The notes beneath the pieces are model-generated. The model was not told the DNA's origin. It saw only the letters and a program-made list of their open reading frames with translations, and searched no databases. 64,000 nt of DNA from Amoebidium appalachense (lineage: Eukaryota > Protista > Ichthyosporea): NCBI GenBank assembly GCA_963693365.1, contig CAVNZM010000005.1:3905716-3969715 (forward strand). The letters are read 5' to 3'. A program made the translations under genes and the position numbers. Below, one piece after another: positions 1 through 12,455 of this stretch (positions are counted from its first letter, which is position 1; each line of letters begins with the position of its first letter).

Positions 1-1007
1 GTGTGTGTGTGTGTGTGTGGGAGGGGGGGGGAGTGGGGATGGGGGGGGGGAAGAGGGGAGTAGGGAAAGGGGGCGATGGGTAGGATGGGGAGGGGAAGGG
101 AGAGAGAAGGTGGGGAGGGGGGAGGGGGAGCAGGGAAAGAGAGAAGGCAGACGAGGGAGGGTGGACGACGGCCGGTGGGGGGAGGGGCGGAGGGGGGAGG
201 GGGGGAGGCGAGGGGAGGTATGTGCGTGTGTGGTGTGTGTGTGTTCAAACGTGGCTTGAGGTGCATGTGTGCCTGTACGTGGTTGTGTGCGTGCCTCTAT
301 GTGTGTTTTGGTGTGTGTGTGTGCGCGCGCGTGTATGTACCCGAACATGTGTGTGTGTGCATTTGTGTGTGTGCAGGCTTCGAGTGTCTGGATGTGTGTG
401 GATCTGTGTGCATGTACGCCTGGTTCCGGGGTGCACTCCTCTGTGTTCATATGTAAGATGCATGTTGTTTGTGCGACTGTGCGACTGTGGCTTGGATGGT
501 GGAGGAGGTAGGGTAAGAAGTAGTGATGAACAAGTTTATAGTGAGGGGAGGCAGGCGGGCGGCAACAGTGCAGGGGTGAAGATGGGGAGGGAAGAGGGGG
601 GAGAGAGTGTGTGTGTGAGAGGGAGTGAGAGAGGAGCAAAGGGTATTTGTGTTCGTCCTTTGGAGAAGGGTGTTTTTTCCTTTTCCTTCATGGCTTGATT
701 GGGTAGGGGGGGGGGCTCGTGTGACTTTTGGAAGTGTCTAGTGATCTGTGTGTGTATTTGTTGGTTGAAGGCTGATACTGACTGGTTTTGTCTTTTGTGG
801 CCAAGTTTTTGCTATGGCCGCATCTATCCTGAGACACACACACACATAAACACACGAACACGTACACACGCAGACACACACACACACTAACATACAAAAT
901 ACACGCACGCCCATACCTTTTCCTCTTAAACTATCTACCCTGAGCCCTTCCCCATCCTCCCTTCCCCTCCCCCCCCCCCCCCCCCCCCTCCTTACACACA
1001 CACACAG

Positions 1008-1418
1008 TATGCGCTACCACCTGTACAAGAAGGAATACATCTTCCAGCGGATGAGAGAGTTGGGCCGAATGTACCGTCTGCGCATACTTCTTTTGCACAT
1101 GGACATTGTAAATCCCCCCCCCCCCCCCCCCCCCCCCCCTCCCACCCTCCCTGCCCACATGTTTGCTCGATTCACATAGGTTTCGTTTAACCCTTATGTA
1201 GATCCCCATCCTTCCCTCCTCCCCCTCCGCGGAGGGACTGCGTTTTGCCAACTCCTACCCGCTTCTCATCACTTCCTAGCCTTACGTGATGAACATTCTA
1301 GAGAAATCTCCATATCCCCGCTCCAAACACTGGCCCCAACCCTCACTTTCCTTTCAGGCTCTTCTTCTTTCCTGCTTCCTCGCCACATGCGCACATGCGT
1401 GCCAATTCGTGCATGTGT

Positions 1419-1501
<83 letters not shown>

Positions 1502-1904
1502 CACGCACACAGGGCATGCACAGTCGATGAGAGCAAGACTATTTACACCCTCATATCCACATGCCCACATGTCTCCAGTATTCACAACCATCCCCCCTTT
1601 TCCTCTCCTTGCCTCCCCCTCCCCCACATTGCTGTGAGTTTCTACAGCCAAAATTAATTAATTATGCTACCCTTGCCGTACACAGGACCAATACCACAAT
1701 TCTTTGGTCGAAATTACAAAGGCAGCAACCCTCAACAACTGGACTCTTATATTGGCGTGGAGGTTTGTAACCCCCCCCCCCCCCCCCCCCCAGCCCCTCC
1801 CCTCCAAACACACACACACACATACTACTTTTTTGTGTGTGCTCTGCATTTGCACTGTGTTGTTTGTCTTCAGTGTGGACTTCATGTTCTGTAACTCATT
1901 CTAG

Positions 1905-1940
<36 letters not shown>

Positions 1941-2455
1941 ATCCCCACCCCCCTCTCTCCCCACCACCACCACCACCACCTTCACCCTCATAACGCCACA
2001 GTCCCTCATCTACCCACGCAAACACTTCCTCCCCCCCACTCTCTCCTTCTCCATCTTTTCGTCACTCGTCCCCCCCCCCCCCCCCCCCCGGGCCACCGCC
2101 ACCGCCACCGGTGCCCTCATCCCAACACTTGCTCCTCATTATTCCCTTGCTATCACTCTATTTTCCTGTTTCCATTGCTAGGTTCTGTGAGCCCTATTGC
2201 CCACTTGCGCAACTGTATCCATTTACAAGCTGCCAACCCCCTTCCCCCTCCCCCCCCCCCTCCCCCCCCTCCTTTGAACGTCCACGTACGTCCACGTGCA
2301 GACACAAACAAAGGCGCACACCACGCCCTTGAAGTTCCCCTATATGTACCTCAAAACACGATCGTCTCTCTTTGTGATCTATCTGCCATTCACACCATCT
2401 CCTCTTCACCCTGGTCTCGCCCACAAATTCCCACTTTTTTAACCACCATATTGGT

Positions 2456-2497
<42 letters not shown>

Positions 2498-3473
2498 TCC
2501 CTCTCCCTTCCTCCCCCTGCAGCTCCACTCTTTTTCTCTCCCTCCTTCTCCCTCCGCCTCCTACTCCCTCTCCTTCACCTCTCCTCTTCCCACCAACATT
2601 ACCACAACCACGTCTCCCACACTGCTTGCCCGTCTTTCAATACTGTCATATCTGCAGTGCTGAAGAGGCAGCACGTTATCTGGAGACCTACAAAGTGTAC
2701 GAACACAAGCCGGCAGATCTATTGAAAGAGAGGGTGGATAACAGCTATCTTGCAAAGGTATATCCACCAATCATATCTAATGGTGGTTCCTGGATTTATG
2801 TGGTGATGGAAAGGGGGGTTATGAAACGATGACCGATATATCATCCCGGCGGGCTGTAGGTGTAGCGCTTAATTTGGAGAGGAAGAAGTGTATGCTATGC
2901 TCCTACAAGATTGAGTGCTTTGGATGAGTTTTCATGTTCCGCCTGTCATTTTGCACGGGTTGTCGAGAGATATACTGTTTATTGATTCATATTTGAGGGG
3001 ATGGAGGGGGAGGGGGGGAGGGGGGGGCCTGGAGAGCAGGGGGGGGGAGGGGGAGGGGGGGGGGGGGGGCAGACGAAAGAAGGCACGATTGGATTGTTTC
3101 AGAGTATTCTTTTTTCCTTTTTGGGGGGGGGGGGGGGAGGGAGGGGAGGGGGGGGGGGAGGGGGGGGGGGGAGGTTGAAGGGTTGACATGCTTATGCTTA
3201 TACGGGCAACCACACCCATTTGCAGACCACCGATGTGCTGACGAACATCAAGTCAATCAACAAGACGGATGTCGTAACCTTGCTGTCAACTTTCGGGGTA
3301 CTAGAACCCCTCCCTTCCCCCCCCCCCCCCCCCCCCCCCTCCCTCCCCCCCCCCCCCCCCCCCAAAAAAAAAAATAAAAAAGGAAAAAAAATAAAAGATC
3401 CACCACCCACCTGGTCACCCCCTCCGACAACCCATCTCTTACACGCACGCATGCACAAACGCGCGTACACACA

Positions 3474-3552
<79 letters not shown>

Positions 3553-4303
3553 TACACGCACACACACCATGCAGTCCCCCCCCCACCACCACCCACCCTC
3601 CACACACACACGCAAAAAAAAGGTAAAAGAAAATGACAACGAGTATTGTATAGACAAATTGTTTGCATCGAACAGATGCCACTCACGGCATTCGATCGCC
3701 TCTCTGGGAGGAAGACAAAAAGTACACACATATTTACGCAGGTATGTGCACTGCCGCGCATACACACACACACACACACGGGCACAATACACACACGTTT
3801 TATTGGATACTGTACGTACACATACACTATACACACCTGTCTTGAAATGCAGATGAACTCACACACACACACACTTAGTGAGACTAAATAGTCATGTTTA
3901 CCCTACATGCCTATGCCCACGAGTACCGTCAAGCGAGAACAACCCCACTCTTCCCCCCCCCCCCCCTCCCCCCCCGTTTGTTTTGGTTACCTCACACACC
4001 TCCCAGGTTGCTTCCCCCTACCTTTCCCCGTTATTTTCTGCCCGTTTTCTGTTCAACTTATCGACCTTCCTGCACAGTCCATCAAAGATATTGCTGCAGC
4101 CCACCCAAGTGAGCTTGCCCTTTGCCCTGGATTTGGTGAGCTCAAGGTACCTATCCTCCCCCCCCCTCCCGCCCCCCCTCCCCCCCCCCCCTCCCCCCCC
4201 CCCCCCCCTCCCCCCTCCTCCAACTCCCCTGCACAGAAAAGAGAGGCAATCTAAAACCCTTACACATCTGCGCATCCGTGCCACTTCACACCGTGCGTGT
4301 GCG

Positions 4304-4356
<53 letters not shown>

Positions 4357-4388
4357 TCTCTCTTTCTCTTCCCTCCCCCCCCCCCCCC

Positions 4389-4426
<38 letters not shown>

Positions 4427-4628
4427 TTCCCCCCCTCACTTCCGGTCTTCTGTTCACCTGCTCCTTTACACCATGACCACACAGACGTGATTATATATCC
4501 GCGCATTGACATGCTTTCGTGTTCACCTTGCACAGAAAAGAGAGGCAATCTAAAACCCTAACACATCTGCGCATCCGTGCCACTGGGTGCACACGTGCTC
4601 ACACACCGTGCGTGTGCGCACGCACACG

Positions 4629-4660
<32 letters not shown>

Positions 4661-5028
4661 CACACGCACTCTCTCTTTCTCTTCCCCTCCCCCCCCCCCC
4701 CCCCCCCCCCCCCCTCCTTCCCCCCCTCACTTCCGGTCTTCTGTTCACCTGCTCCTTTACACCATGACCACACAGACGTGATTATATATCCGCGCATTGA
4801 CATGCTTTCGTGTTCACCTCACAGGTGAAAAGGCTTCACGATGCCTTCCGTGAGCCCTTCATCTCATCGCGCAAACGCTACTTCCAGCAGCAGAAAGAGA
4901 AGGAGGCGAGGGAGGCGGAGGAAAAGAAGAAACAGGTGGAGGCAAGGCCCCTCCCCATTACCTTTGGTGACGAGATAGACCAGTTCGATGATGACGATGA
5001 CTTTCAAGGACAGGAATTCGACGAGTAG
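1008..5028 (+). CDS. ERCC1: DNA excision repair protein ERCC1/Rad10 (5' exons not identified, probably upstream). Exons 1008-1107, 1686-1762, 2658-2757, 3226-3297, 4078-4146, 4825-5028
   Basis: GT-AG splicing with consistent phases gives [81 protein letters not shown]...[58 protein letters not shown]. This matches the ERCC1 central domain and tandem HhH domain (known motifs LILAWSxEEAGRYLETYK, KSVNKTD, LALCPG). Confidence 0.95.
4230..4824 (+). repeat. Tandem duplication of about 300 bp in the last ERCC1 intron
   Basis: The unit tgcacagaaaagagaggcaatctaaaacc...gacatgctttcgtgttcacct occurs at about 4230-4528 and again at about 4529-4820, differing mainly in microsatellite lengths. Confidence 0.9.
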
Positions 5029-6575
5029 GTGCGGTTAGGTTTGTTTTGTGTGTGTGTGTGTGCGTGCCTGTGCGTGTCTGTGTGGTTGTGGGTGTCGTAA
5101 GGAGGGGAGGGAGGGGGAGCGATAATTCGTTCTAGTATGCGGTATATAGGTGGGGGGATGAGGTTGAGGTATGGATATAGAAGGGGAAAGGTGAAGCTTG
5201 GTCGTAGGCTGATTTAAGAACTTATACCCCTGAAGTGCCATATGATATACATTTAGCGGGGTTGGTGGAATGCCCTTTGGTGTTTTTGGTGTAGGGGTTG
5301 TTGGGGATAATTACACACGGTCTGTAGATGTACGTAAAGAATGAATGATAATATGAATAGGCACATCCGAATTTATTGTTGGGTATTGTGATAACATCAA
5401 TATTACCACTGTATATACAATAATCTCTATCTAGGCAAAAAAGGCAGTCAAACCTATGTAACCCGGAGAGTAACATGGGGGGAGGTGAGAATGGATCCGG
5501 TGCATGGGAGGGGTATTTTGGTGGGTTTTGAGTGAAAGAGCCGAGCACCGGCTGAGAGGTCACAGTGTTGACGTAGGCTCTCTTCTTTATTAGTGCATGT
5601 ATGTGTCCCACAGTATCTATCAGCCCCATCACAGCGGCCTAGAACACTGCGCTGCACAACAAGGCCTCCTCACAAGTGCGCCAAGTAAATGTCCCGCCAA
5701 AACTTGCGTAGGCCAATGGGATTGTCGATACAAGTCACGTGACACATGTATGGTGCGTCAACATCCAATAACAGCATAGCATGCAGTTGAACTTGACAAG
5801 CCTTGATTCTCGGCGTTTTGCTTCAACTTGCCTTCCCCAAAATTTCCAGTTTTGTCTTGTTTGTCAAGAGGCAGATTTTACGTTGTATGTGACTTTCAAA
5901 ACCACCACTACTCTACACAGCACATGTGTTTTTGTAAGATTCTACCTTTTTTCCCCCTTTTCCCTTTCTCTTTCCGACATCTGAAACGCTCTTCTCATCA
6001 TTCCTTGTGATTTGATGGGCAACCAGTAATTCTTCCAAGAATGCCTCCCGTTCTTTTTTCGTGCACGCACTGTACCTCCCCCCCTCCCTCCCTCCCTCTC
6101 TCCCTCTCTGCCTCTCTCTCCCACGGACCCATCACCCGCCTTTTTCTCTCTCCCCCTCCATCCCTCCCTCTCTCTATCCCTCCCTCCCTCTCTCTCTTTC
6201 TCTCTCCCTCTCACCAACCCCTACAGGCCTTCTTCTTTTGCCTGTGATTTATTAAGAATTCTACACATTTCCAAAATGTAGTCTGTTCTTTTTTCGTGCA
6301 CGCACTGTAGTGCGCTTTTGAGCAGCCCTTCGACCTTGCCGTCCACCGCCTCGAAAACGGCCACCCACGCCTAAAAAGGAAACAACCCTCACACGTGCAG
6401 GAAACCACGTGCACAACCACTGTGGTTACACCCTCTTGGTGGAGGGAATGAGGAAAGAGCAAATCTCCCAATTTGAAACCCAAAAGGCCATCGACAAAAA
6501 AAATCAAGGTTCACTCATTACATAGCAGGTGCCTACGAAAAACAAGGAGAAAATATTACGTGCACGCGCATTAAC

Positions 6576-6925
6576 ATGGTGAATGGACGGGCGGAGGAAG
6601 GGGCTCTGGGCGTTAGCTGTGCATACTGCAGATTTGGGTGTGGCTACCGTGGCAGACGCAAGGACTCTCTACATGTGCACGAGCGAAAACACACGGGAGA
6701 GAAGCTCTTTACATGCACCGCCCCAGGTTTGAGATGAAATTTGCCACAAAATGTGCTCTGACAAACCACACAGACAATCACGGTGACGAGATGAAGTATG
6801 TGTGTCCTGTTTCTGGGTGTGGTGCAACAAACAAACACAGGGAAAGCTTTGGGAACCACAAACGAAACGGCATTAAGGTGATGCAGAGCATTCATGTGAC
6901 ACGTGATTTTTCTACGGCACGGTAA
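6576..6925 (+). pseudogene. C2H2 zinc-finger gene remnant (about 3 fingers, frameshifted)
   Basis: Translation gives CRFGCGYRGRRKDSLHVHERKHTGEKLFTCTAPG, a frameshift near 6729, then EMKFATKCALTNHTDNHGDEMKYVCPVSGCGATNKHRESFGNHKR. It contains the canonical HTGEK linker, followed by decayed sequence with stops. Confidence 0.75.
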
Positions 6926-7433
6926 TGTATAGAGTATTTTGTATATTGCGTGGGACGGACTGTACACCTCCGGCCCGATCACTGTGTGACCGGGAGCGCT
7001 ATGCCACATACTTGAGTCGGATGCGGGTATAAAACCCGACACATCGCTACCCTTGCGCATGCATGCGCACAGACTGCACGGATCATATAAAGACACCCTT
7101 TACTCGTGTGCCGGTACTAGTCTCGTATAGTGACCATCTTACACTGCAAAACACGCTAGGCTTAGAGTCTTTTCAACAACATGGCCTTAAGTTTGGCCAA
7201 TAACCAGGCTCAGGGGCAACTCCCCGTATGGGGAAAGCTTTATCAGAGAGCCGCTACTGGTGTCGGGTTTATAGATATGTCCGCGCACACATTAATTAAT
7301 TGTGTACCAGTAATCTCCTGCAGATATTTGTTTTTCTTGGTATATCTGGGTTTAAATACATACGTGATAAAAATATTACGGATACATCGGTTATTTCCCC
7401 AGCATATACTTCATCATTCAGTTTCATATGGCA

Positions 7434-7607
7434 ATCATTTGATATGAGCGAAATTTAGGGATACGATTGGCAGAATTCGAAGTCCCGTGGGGGAGGAGGA
7501 GGGAGGAAGGGGGGGGGGGGGGGGGGAGGGGGGGGGGGGGGAGAAGATTAGTTGTCCGGCGGGATAGGAGAGGAGGGCGTGAGTGCGTGCGTGCGTGCGT
7601 GCGTGTG

Positions 7608-7644
<37 letters not shown>

Positions 7645-7800
7645 GCGCGCACTTGGTTGTGTGTGTGTGTGCGCGCGTGCGTGCGTGTGTGCGTGCGCGC
7701 GATCTTGGGTGTGTGTGTGTGCGCGTGCATGCGTGTGTGCGTGCGTGTGTGTGCGCGTGTGTTCTCGTGCGTGTGCGCGTTTGTGTGTGTGTCTGTGTGG

Positions 7801-7835
<35 letters not shown>

Positions 7836-7940
7836 GCGCACCAACGCGCAACCATTTGATATGAGCGAAATTTGGGGATACCATGGGCAGAAGTCCTGGG
7901 GGGGGGAGGGGTGAGCGGTGAGAGAGGATTAGTTGCCCGG
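7434..7940. repeat. Degenerate direct repeat pair separated by (GT)/(GCGT)n microsatellite
   Basis: catttgatatgagcgaaattt(a/g)gggatac...ggcagaa...gattagttg(t/c)ccgg occurs at about 7436-7560 and about 7853-7940. Confidence 0.7.
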
Positions 7941-8476
7941 GGGGAGGGGGGAGGGGGGGAGAAGGGGAGGGGGTGCGTGCAGGCGTGCATGTGTACACGC
8001 GTGCATGCCGTGTGTGTGTGTGTGTGTGTGTGTGCGCGTGTGTGCGTGTGTGTGTGTGTATGTGTGTGTGTGTGTGTGTGTGTGCGTGTGCGTGTGCGCG
8101 CGCGTCACGCGTGCATGCCTGTGTGTGTGTATGTTCTCTTTTTCTTTCTTCTCTCTCTAAAGGCAGGTGGAGAGGGGAGGATAGGGGTGAGAGGGGGTTT
8201 GCGCTGAACTTTTGACCCCGAAAAGAGTTGGAAAAGAAGGTGAGGTTGCTTTTTTTCTTTTTTTTTTTTTTTTTGGGGGGGGGGGGGGGGGAGGGGGAGG
8301 GAGGAGGGGGTAACGGGTGGAGGGGGGAGAAGTGGTTGGTGGGAAAGGGAGGGGGGGGGGGGGGGGGGGGGCGGTTAATGATGATGGAGGTGGTCGAGGT
8401 GTCTGTGTGAGTGTGAGAGAGAAAGAGAGAGAGGGGGGGGGGGGGGGAGGAGAGAGAGAGAGAGCGAGAGAGAGAA

Positions 8477-8522
<46 letters not shown>

Positions 8523-9320
8523 AAGAAAGAGAGAGAGTGTGTGTGTTCGTGTGTGTGTTTCCCCTATTTCTTACGGGAGCAGGGCCGTTTGTGTTGGTGT
8601 TGGTGAGAAAGAAGACCGTTTGCCCCGTGCTCTCATGGTACATAACTGCTGCAGGTTGAAAGTTTACATAATGTCCACTATAATCTCGTGGCACGTGTAA
8701 CGGTTTAAATACATCAGGTACCAACCACCATTTGCAAACCCCCCCCCCCCCCCCCTCCCCTTCCTCAGCGCGCCGTAACAAAAGTAATTGCATACTGACA
8801 TGAACACAGTTTCGTGGCATAACCGCTGATTGCAGTCAGTCAGATTCACTGGTTGCATGTTCAATAAAAAAAAAAATATGAAACAATTTTTTGAACTTAT
8901 GGGCCACCCTGTGGCTGCACCTGATTCTTCTATAGTAGTGTTATCACCATTACCACAGGCAAAGGTTTGTGCTAGCAGGTACGATAGCAGGTACATAGAT
9001 ACTTGCAAAATTTATTGTGTTGTCAAACAAGTAAGAGACCGCAGTTTCGAGGTAGCCTATATATATACCATAACCGATATATAGAAAACGTCTAAACCTA
9101 TGTAGTACTAAAAACAGTCGAGTCTCGGCATACATACAAATAAAGTTACTGCTGTTACACAGACATCCCCAGATACTTGGCATATCCCATTTTGAGGTGG
9201 GAAAAAGGCACCAGAGCACGTATTGAAAGCTCGCCCTCTCTTCAAGTTGACTACCATTGCCTAGACCACCAACAGAAATCTAACCCTAGAGGATTGCGGG
9301 GCAAAAACGGTGCCAGATTT

Positions 9321-10346
9321 CTAAGCAGAAGTTGCTTGCTCAATACTGGTAGTAGGTGTGTTCTCGGTCACGTTTGACAGCAGCTTTGCCGAGGGAGCAA
9401 TCACCTCACCCGAGTCCGTCTTGAAGAATGGCACCTCACCCAGCACGGTGAACCGCTCAACCACACGCCGCTCATTGATGTCATAGTTGGGCACCGCCCG
9501 GTGGATCGACTGCCTGTTCTCCCACACAGCCACGTCTCCCTCCTTCCACACCCAACGCACAGTGTTCTCGGGCTTCTCAGCGTGGTTGAAAAGGAAATCA
9601 AGAAGAGCTTCACTCTCCTCCCACGAAAGGCCAAGGATGCGCAGAGTGAACCCACGGTTGACAAACAGAATCTTCTTTCCTGTCGTGGGATGAGTGCGGA
9701 TGAGTGGGTGCACTACGGGCGGGTAGGTGGTCCTGAATTTGTCCCAGAGTTTTTCATATTGAGGGTTACGTGGGCCGGACGTGACGATCCTGTGGTAGTT
9801 CTTGCCGATGTAGTGTTCGGCCTCCAGCCCCTCAAGCAGGCGCTGAAGGGGAGGGGAAAGCGTTTCGTACGCCCTGATGAGGCTCCCCCACTCGGTGTCT
9901 CCACCAACAGAGGGACGCACACGCGCAGTGAGCACAGAGACCCCAGCCGGGCGCTTTTCATAGGTGATGTCGGTATGCCAAACACTCTCCCCCTGGAATG
10001 CCCCGGGGGCACGGGTGAGCTTGCTGTCGAAAGCAGTCAGCTCGTCGGGCTGCTCCGTCTGGTCAGGATCCACGTTGCGGTTGGCGCCATAGTGAATGAG
10101 AAACTCGTCGCCAAAGGTGAGCGCAAATTCGCGCTGCTGGTCGGGGGTGATGGTCTGGCCCTCGAAGAAAATCACCGTGTGCTTGAGCAGGGTGTCTCTG
10201 AGGGCCTGTTTGGTTGTCTCATCCAGGGGCTTGCTAAGATCCACCCCGCTGATCACCGCGCCAAGATAGGCGCTGATGGGCCGCACCGTGAAGGGGAGCT
10301 CGCTGTCACCCGAAGCGCGGTTGAGCGTGTTGGCGTTGGGAGGCAT
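9321..10346 (-). CDS. TauD/TfdA-family Fe(II)/2-oxoglutarate-dependent dioxygenase (taurine/alkylsulfate dioxygenase-like), intronless
   Basis: Motifs LGAVISGVDLS, VIFFEGQTITPDQQ, WHTDITY (HxD), GGDTEW, VHPLIRTHPTTGKKILFVN, WENRQSIHRA (distal His) and RVVER. First ATG at 10346. Confidence 0.93.
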   Translation of the reverse strand: MPPNANTLNRASGDSELPFTVRPISAYLGAVISGVDLSKPLDETTKQALRDTLLKHTVIFFEGQTITPDQQREFALTFGDEFLIHYGANRNVDPDQTEQPDELTAFDSKLTRAPGAFQGESVWHTDITYEKRPAGVSVLTARVRPSVGGDTEWGSLIRAYETLSPPLQRLLEGLEAEHYIGKNYHRIVTSGPRNPQYEKLWDKFRTTYPPVVHPLIRTHPTTGKKILFVNRGFTLRILGLSWEESEALLDFLFNHAEKPENTVRWVWKEGDVAVWENRQSIHRAVPNYDINERRVVERFTVLGEVPFFKTDSGEVIAPSAKLLSNVTENTPTTSIEQATSA

Positions 10347-10423
10347 GCTGGTGTATGTTCTTGTGTTCAACTGCTGTGAGTGAAAGGTTTGGAAAGTGGT
10401 GAGTTATCAAGCGGGCTCAGGGT

Positions 10424-10466
10424 GTTTATATAGGCTTGAGCTGACGCCATGCTGGTCTGCGATTGG
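10424..10466 (-). promoter_or_regulatory. Candidate TATA and CCAAT boxes of the TauD gene
   Basis: The minus strand reads CTATATAAAC about 80 bp upstream of the ATG, with CCAATC about 30 bp further upstream. Confidence 0.45.
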
Positions 10467-12455
10467 TCAATAAGAAAGCAAAAAAGCCACCAATCAAAAG
10501 CTTCCAAAAAGACGCCGAAAATCCCAAATTCCAGGAATTTGGATCTCAGAATTCCGCAAGCGATCTGCAACGGTTGTTTGTGTGTGTGATTCATGTTCCC
10601 CGACTGTCGGGTATGTAGTTTGTCCACTGAGAATTTGCACAAGGTGCCGACTCCAGATCCGCGGCCATCAGTGCTTTCACTCAACAGATAAGAAACAAAA
10701 CTCACATCCATGGATTAGATATATGAGCTGATACAACTCGTGGCTACTTTTCACTTTTATACTGTGTGTGCCAGTAAGTCCGTGTGACGTGTGGGCCCTG
10801 TTGGTGATATGCTGGCACCGATCATCGTTGCGGTAAGCATGTTGGCCCATACGGTGGTGTGTGTGTTTGTGTGTGTGTGTGTATTATTTATTTTTTTTTT
10901 ATTTTTTTTGGGGTGGGGGGGGGATCAGGGGAGGAGGGGGGGCTGCGCATGCAGTGTCGACGTCATTGAACCATACTGATAATAATATATGTGATCGTGA
11001 GCCATATCGCAGTCTAGACGTTTGGGGTTGATTTGGCCAGAAAGGGTGCACTTCCATAGTTATGTACAAATATTAACCATGCCTTGACTTGTACTGTGCA
11101 TATCATATACATGTGCATACCCTCCGAATCCAAACATTCCTTACACACTGGCCGCCCTACTGTGATCGTGTTAACGCGTGACAGCTAGGTCAGCCAGTCA
11201 CGCTGCTCCTGGTAGTGTTTTGTTTGCAGCTCTTGCAGCTTCCGACGCCGGGTATGGACAGCTGCAAGGGATCCGGAGAGCTTGGAAATGTGCTATGTGC
11301 CAGCTCGACAAAAATAGTAGATACTGCAAGTAAAAGCACAAATTTACTCATGCTGTTTTTCTCTTTTTTCTTCTCTTTTTTTGTTGTTTTTTTGTAGTTC
11401 ACTTTTCACAATGTACAATGTGAATGGTCACGCCCCAACATAACTGAGCCGCACACACGGCCAATCAGAACATAGATCATCTGAAGATTTGGCGAGCCAA
11501 TCATCTTGTGGGAATCTTAGCCACTAGCCCACTAGTTCGTGTACATCAAATGCAAAACATGGCGAAAAGCTGAATGAGTCACCCGTGGATCGGGAGGGTG
11601 TCCTTGCAGATTGCAGACACGTTGTACAATGGACTCGCAGCGCGCTGGCTGCGGCTGCGCATCATTATCTATTGCCTGTGCGTCATTTGCGGGGTAGCCA
11701 TGACAATGTACATCATTGCCTAGCAGCTGATTTCACAAGGACCCGACTTAGCATCATCGCATGCTCTGCATATCTAAGCTTTTTCCCGCTATAAAAAACC
11801 CACACTGCTCAAACTCATTCTCAACAGTTCTCGAAGCAACTAGGCTACTTACACACGTTTAGGTGCGCGAGTCCTCTACTGTAACTACGGTCTACATCTC
11901 AGCTGAAGCTTCGAGGAAAAGAAAACCGCGATAGAGCTACCGTTTCGACATTTCGACGGTTCTTTCTAGTTTTACACAACAAAGCCCTGCCAAATTTAAG
12001 CCACCACTACGTGAGCCAGAAAATGGGGAGGAGTCTTCTTTCGGTCGGAGCGTACGTATCCTACGGCGTCCGTGCAAGTTGCAAATCTCTACAATAGCAC
12101 AAGCCATATCACAATGTCTGTTGTCTCTGGCTTTCATGAAATTTATTATTGGTGTCACGGTGCTTTTTATTGTTTGGTTGTTTGTTTGTTTGTTTGTAAT
12201 TGTTTGTTTGTTTGTTTGTTTGTTTGTTTGTTTGTGTTTGTTTTTGTTTTTGTTTTTGGCAAACCTCGATCCTGTGAAGGTTTGTGTCACCGAAACATTG
12301 TCTCTCACGCTTTGAACATGCCCACACGAATAATACGATACTTAATTGGTCCATAGTTATGTGTACGATGGCACATAGTTATTTCAAGGTGCATGTACAT
12401 GTGTCCATACTACAATTATAACTATAACTAACACAATGAACCTCCTACACTGCAG

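Noticed and set aside
9501-10379. 292-aa plus-strand ORF, and similar antisense ORFs at 13075-13875, 34483-35097 and 62537-63100
   Set aside because: They are antisense shadows of real GC-rich coding exons.
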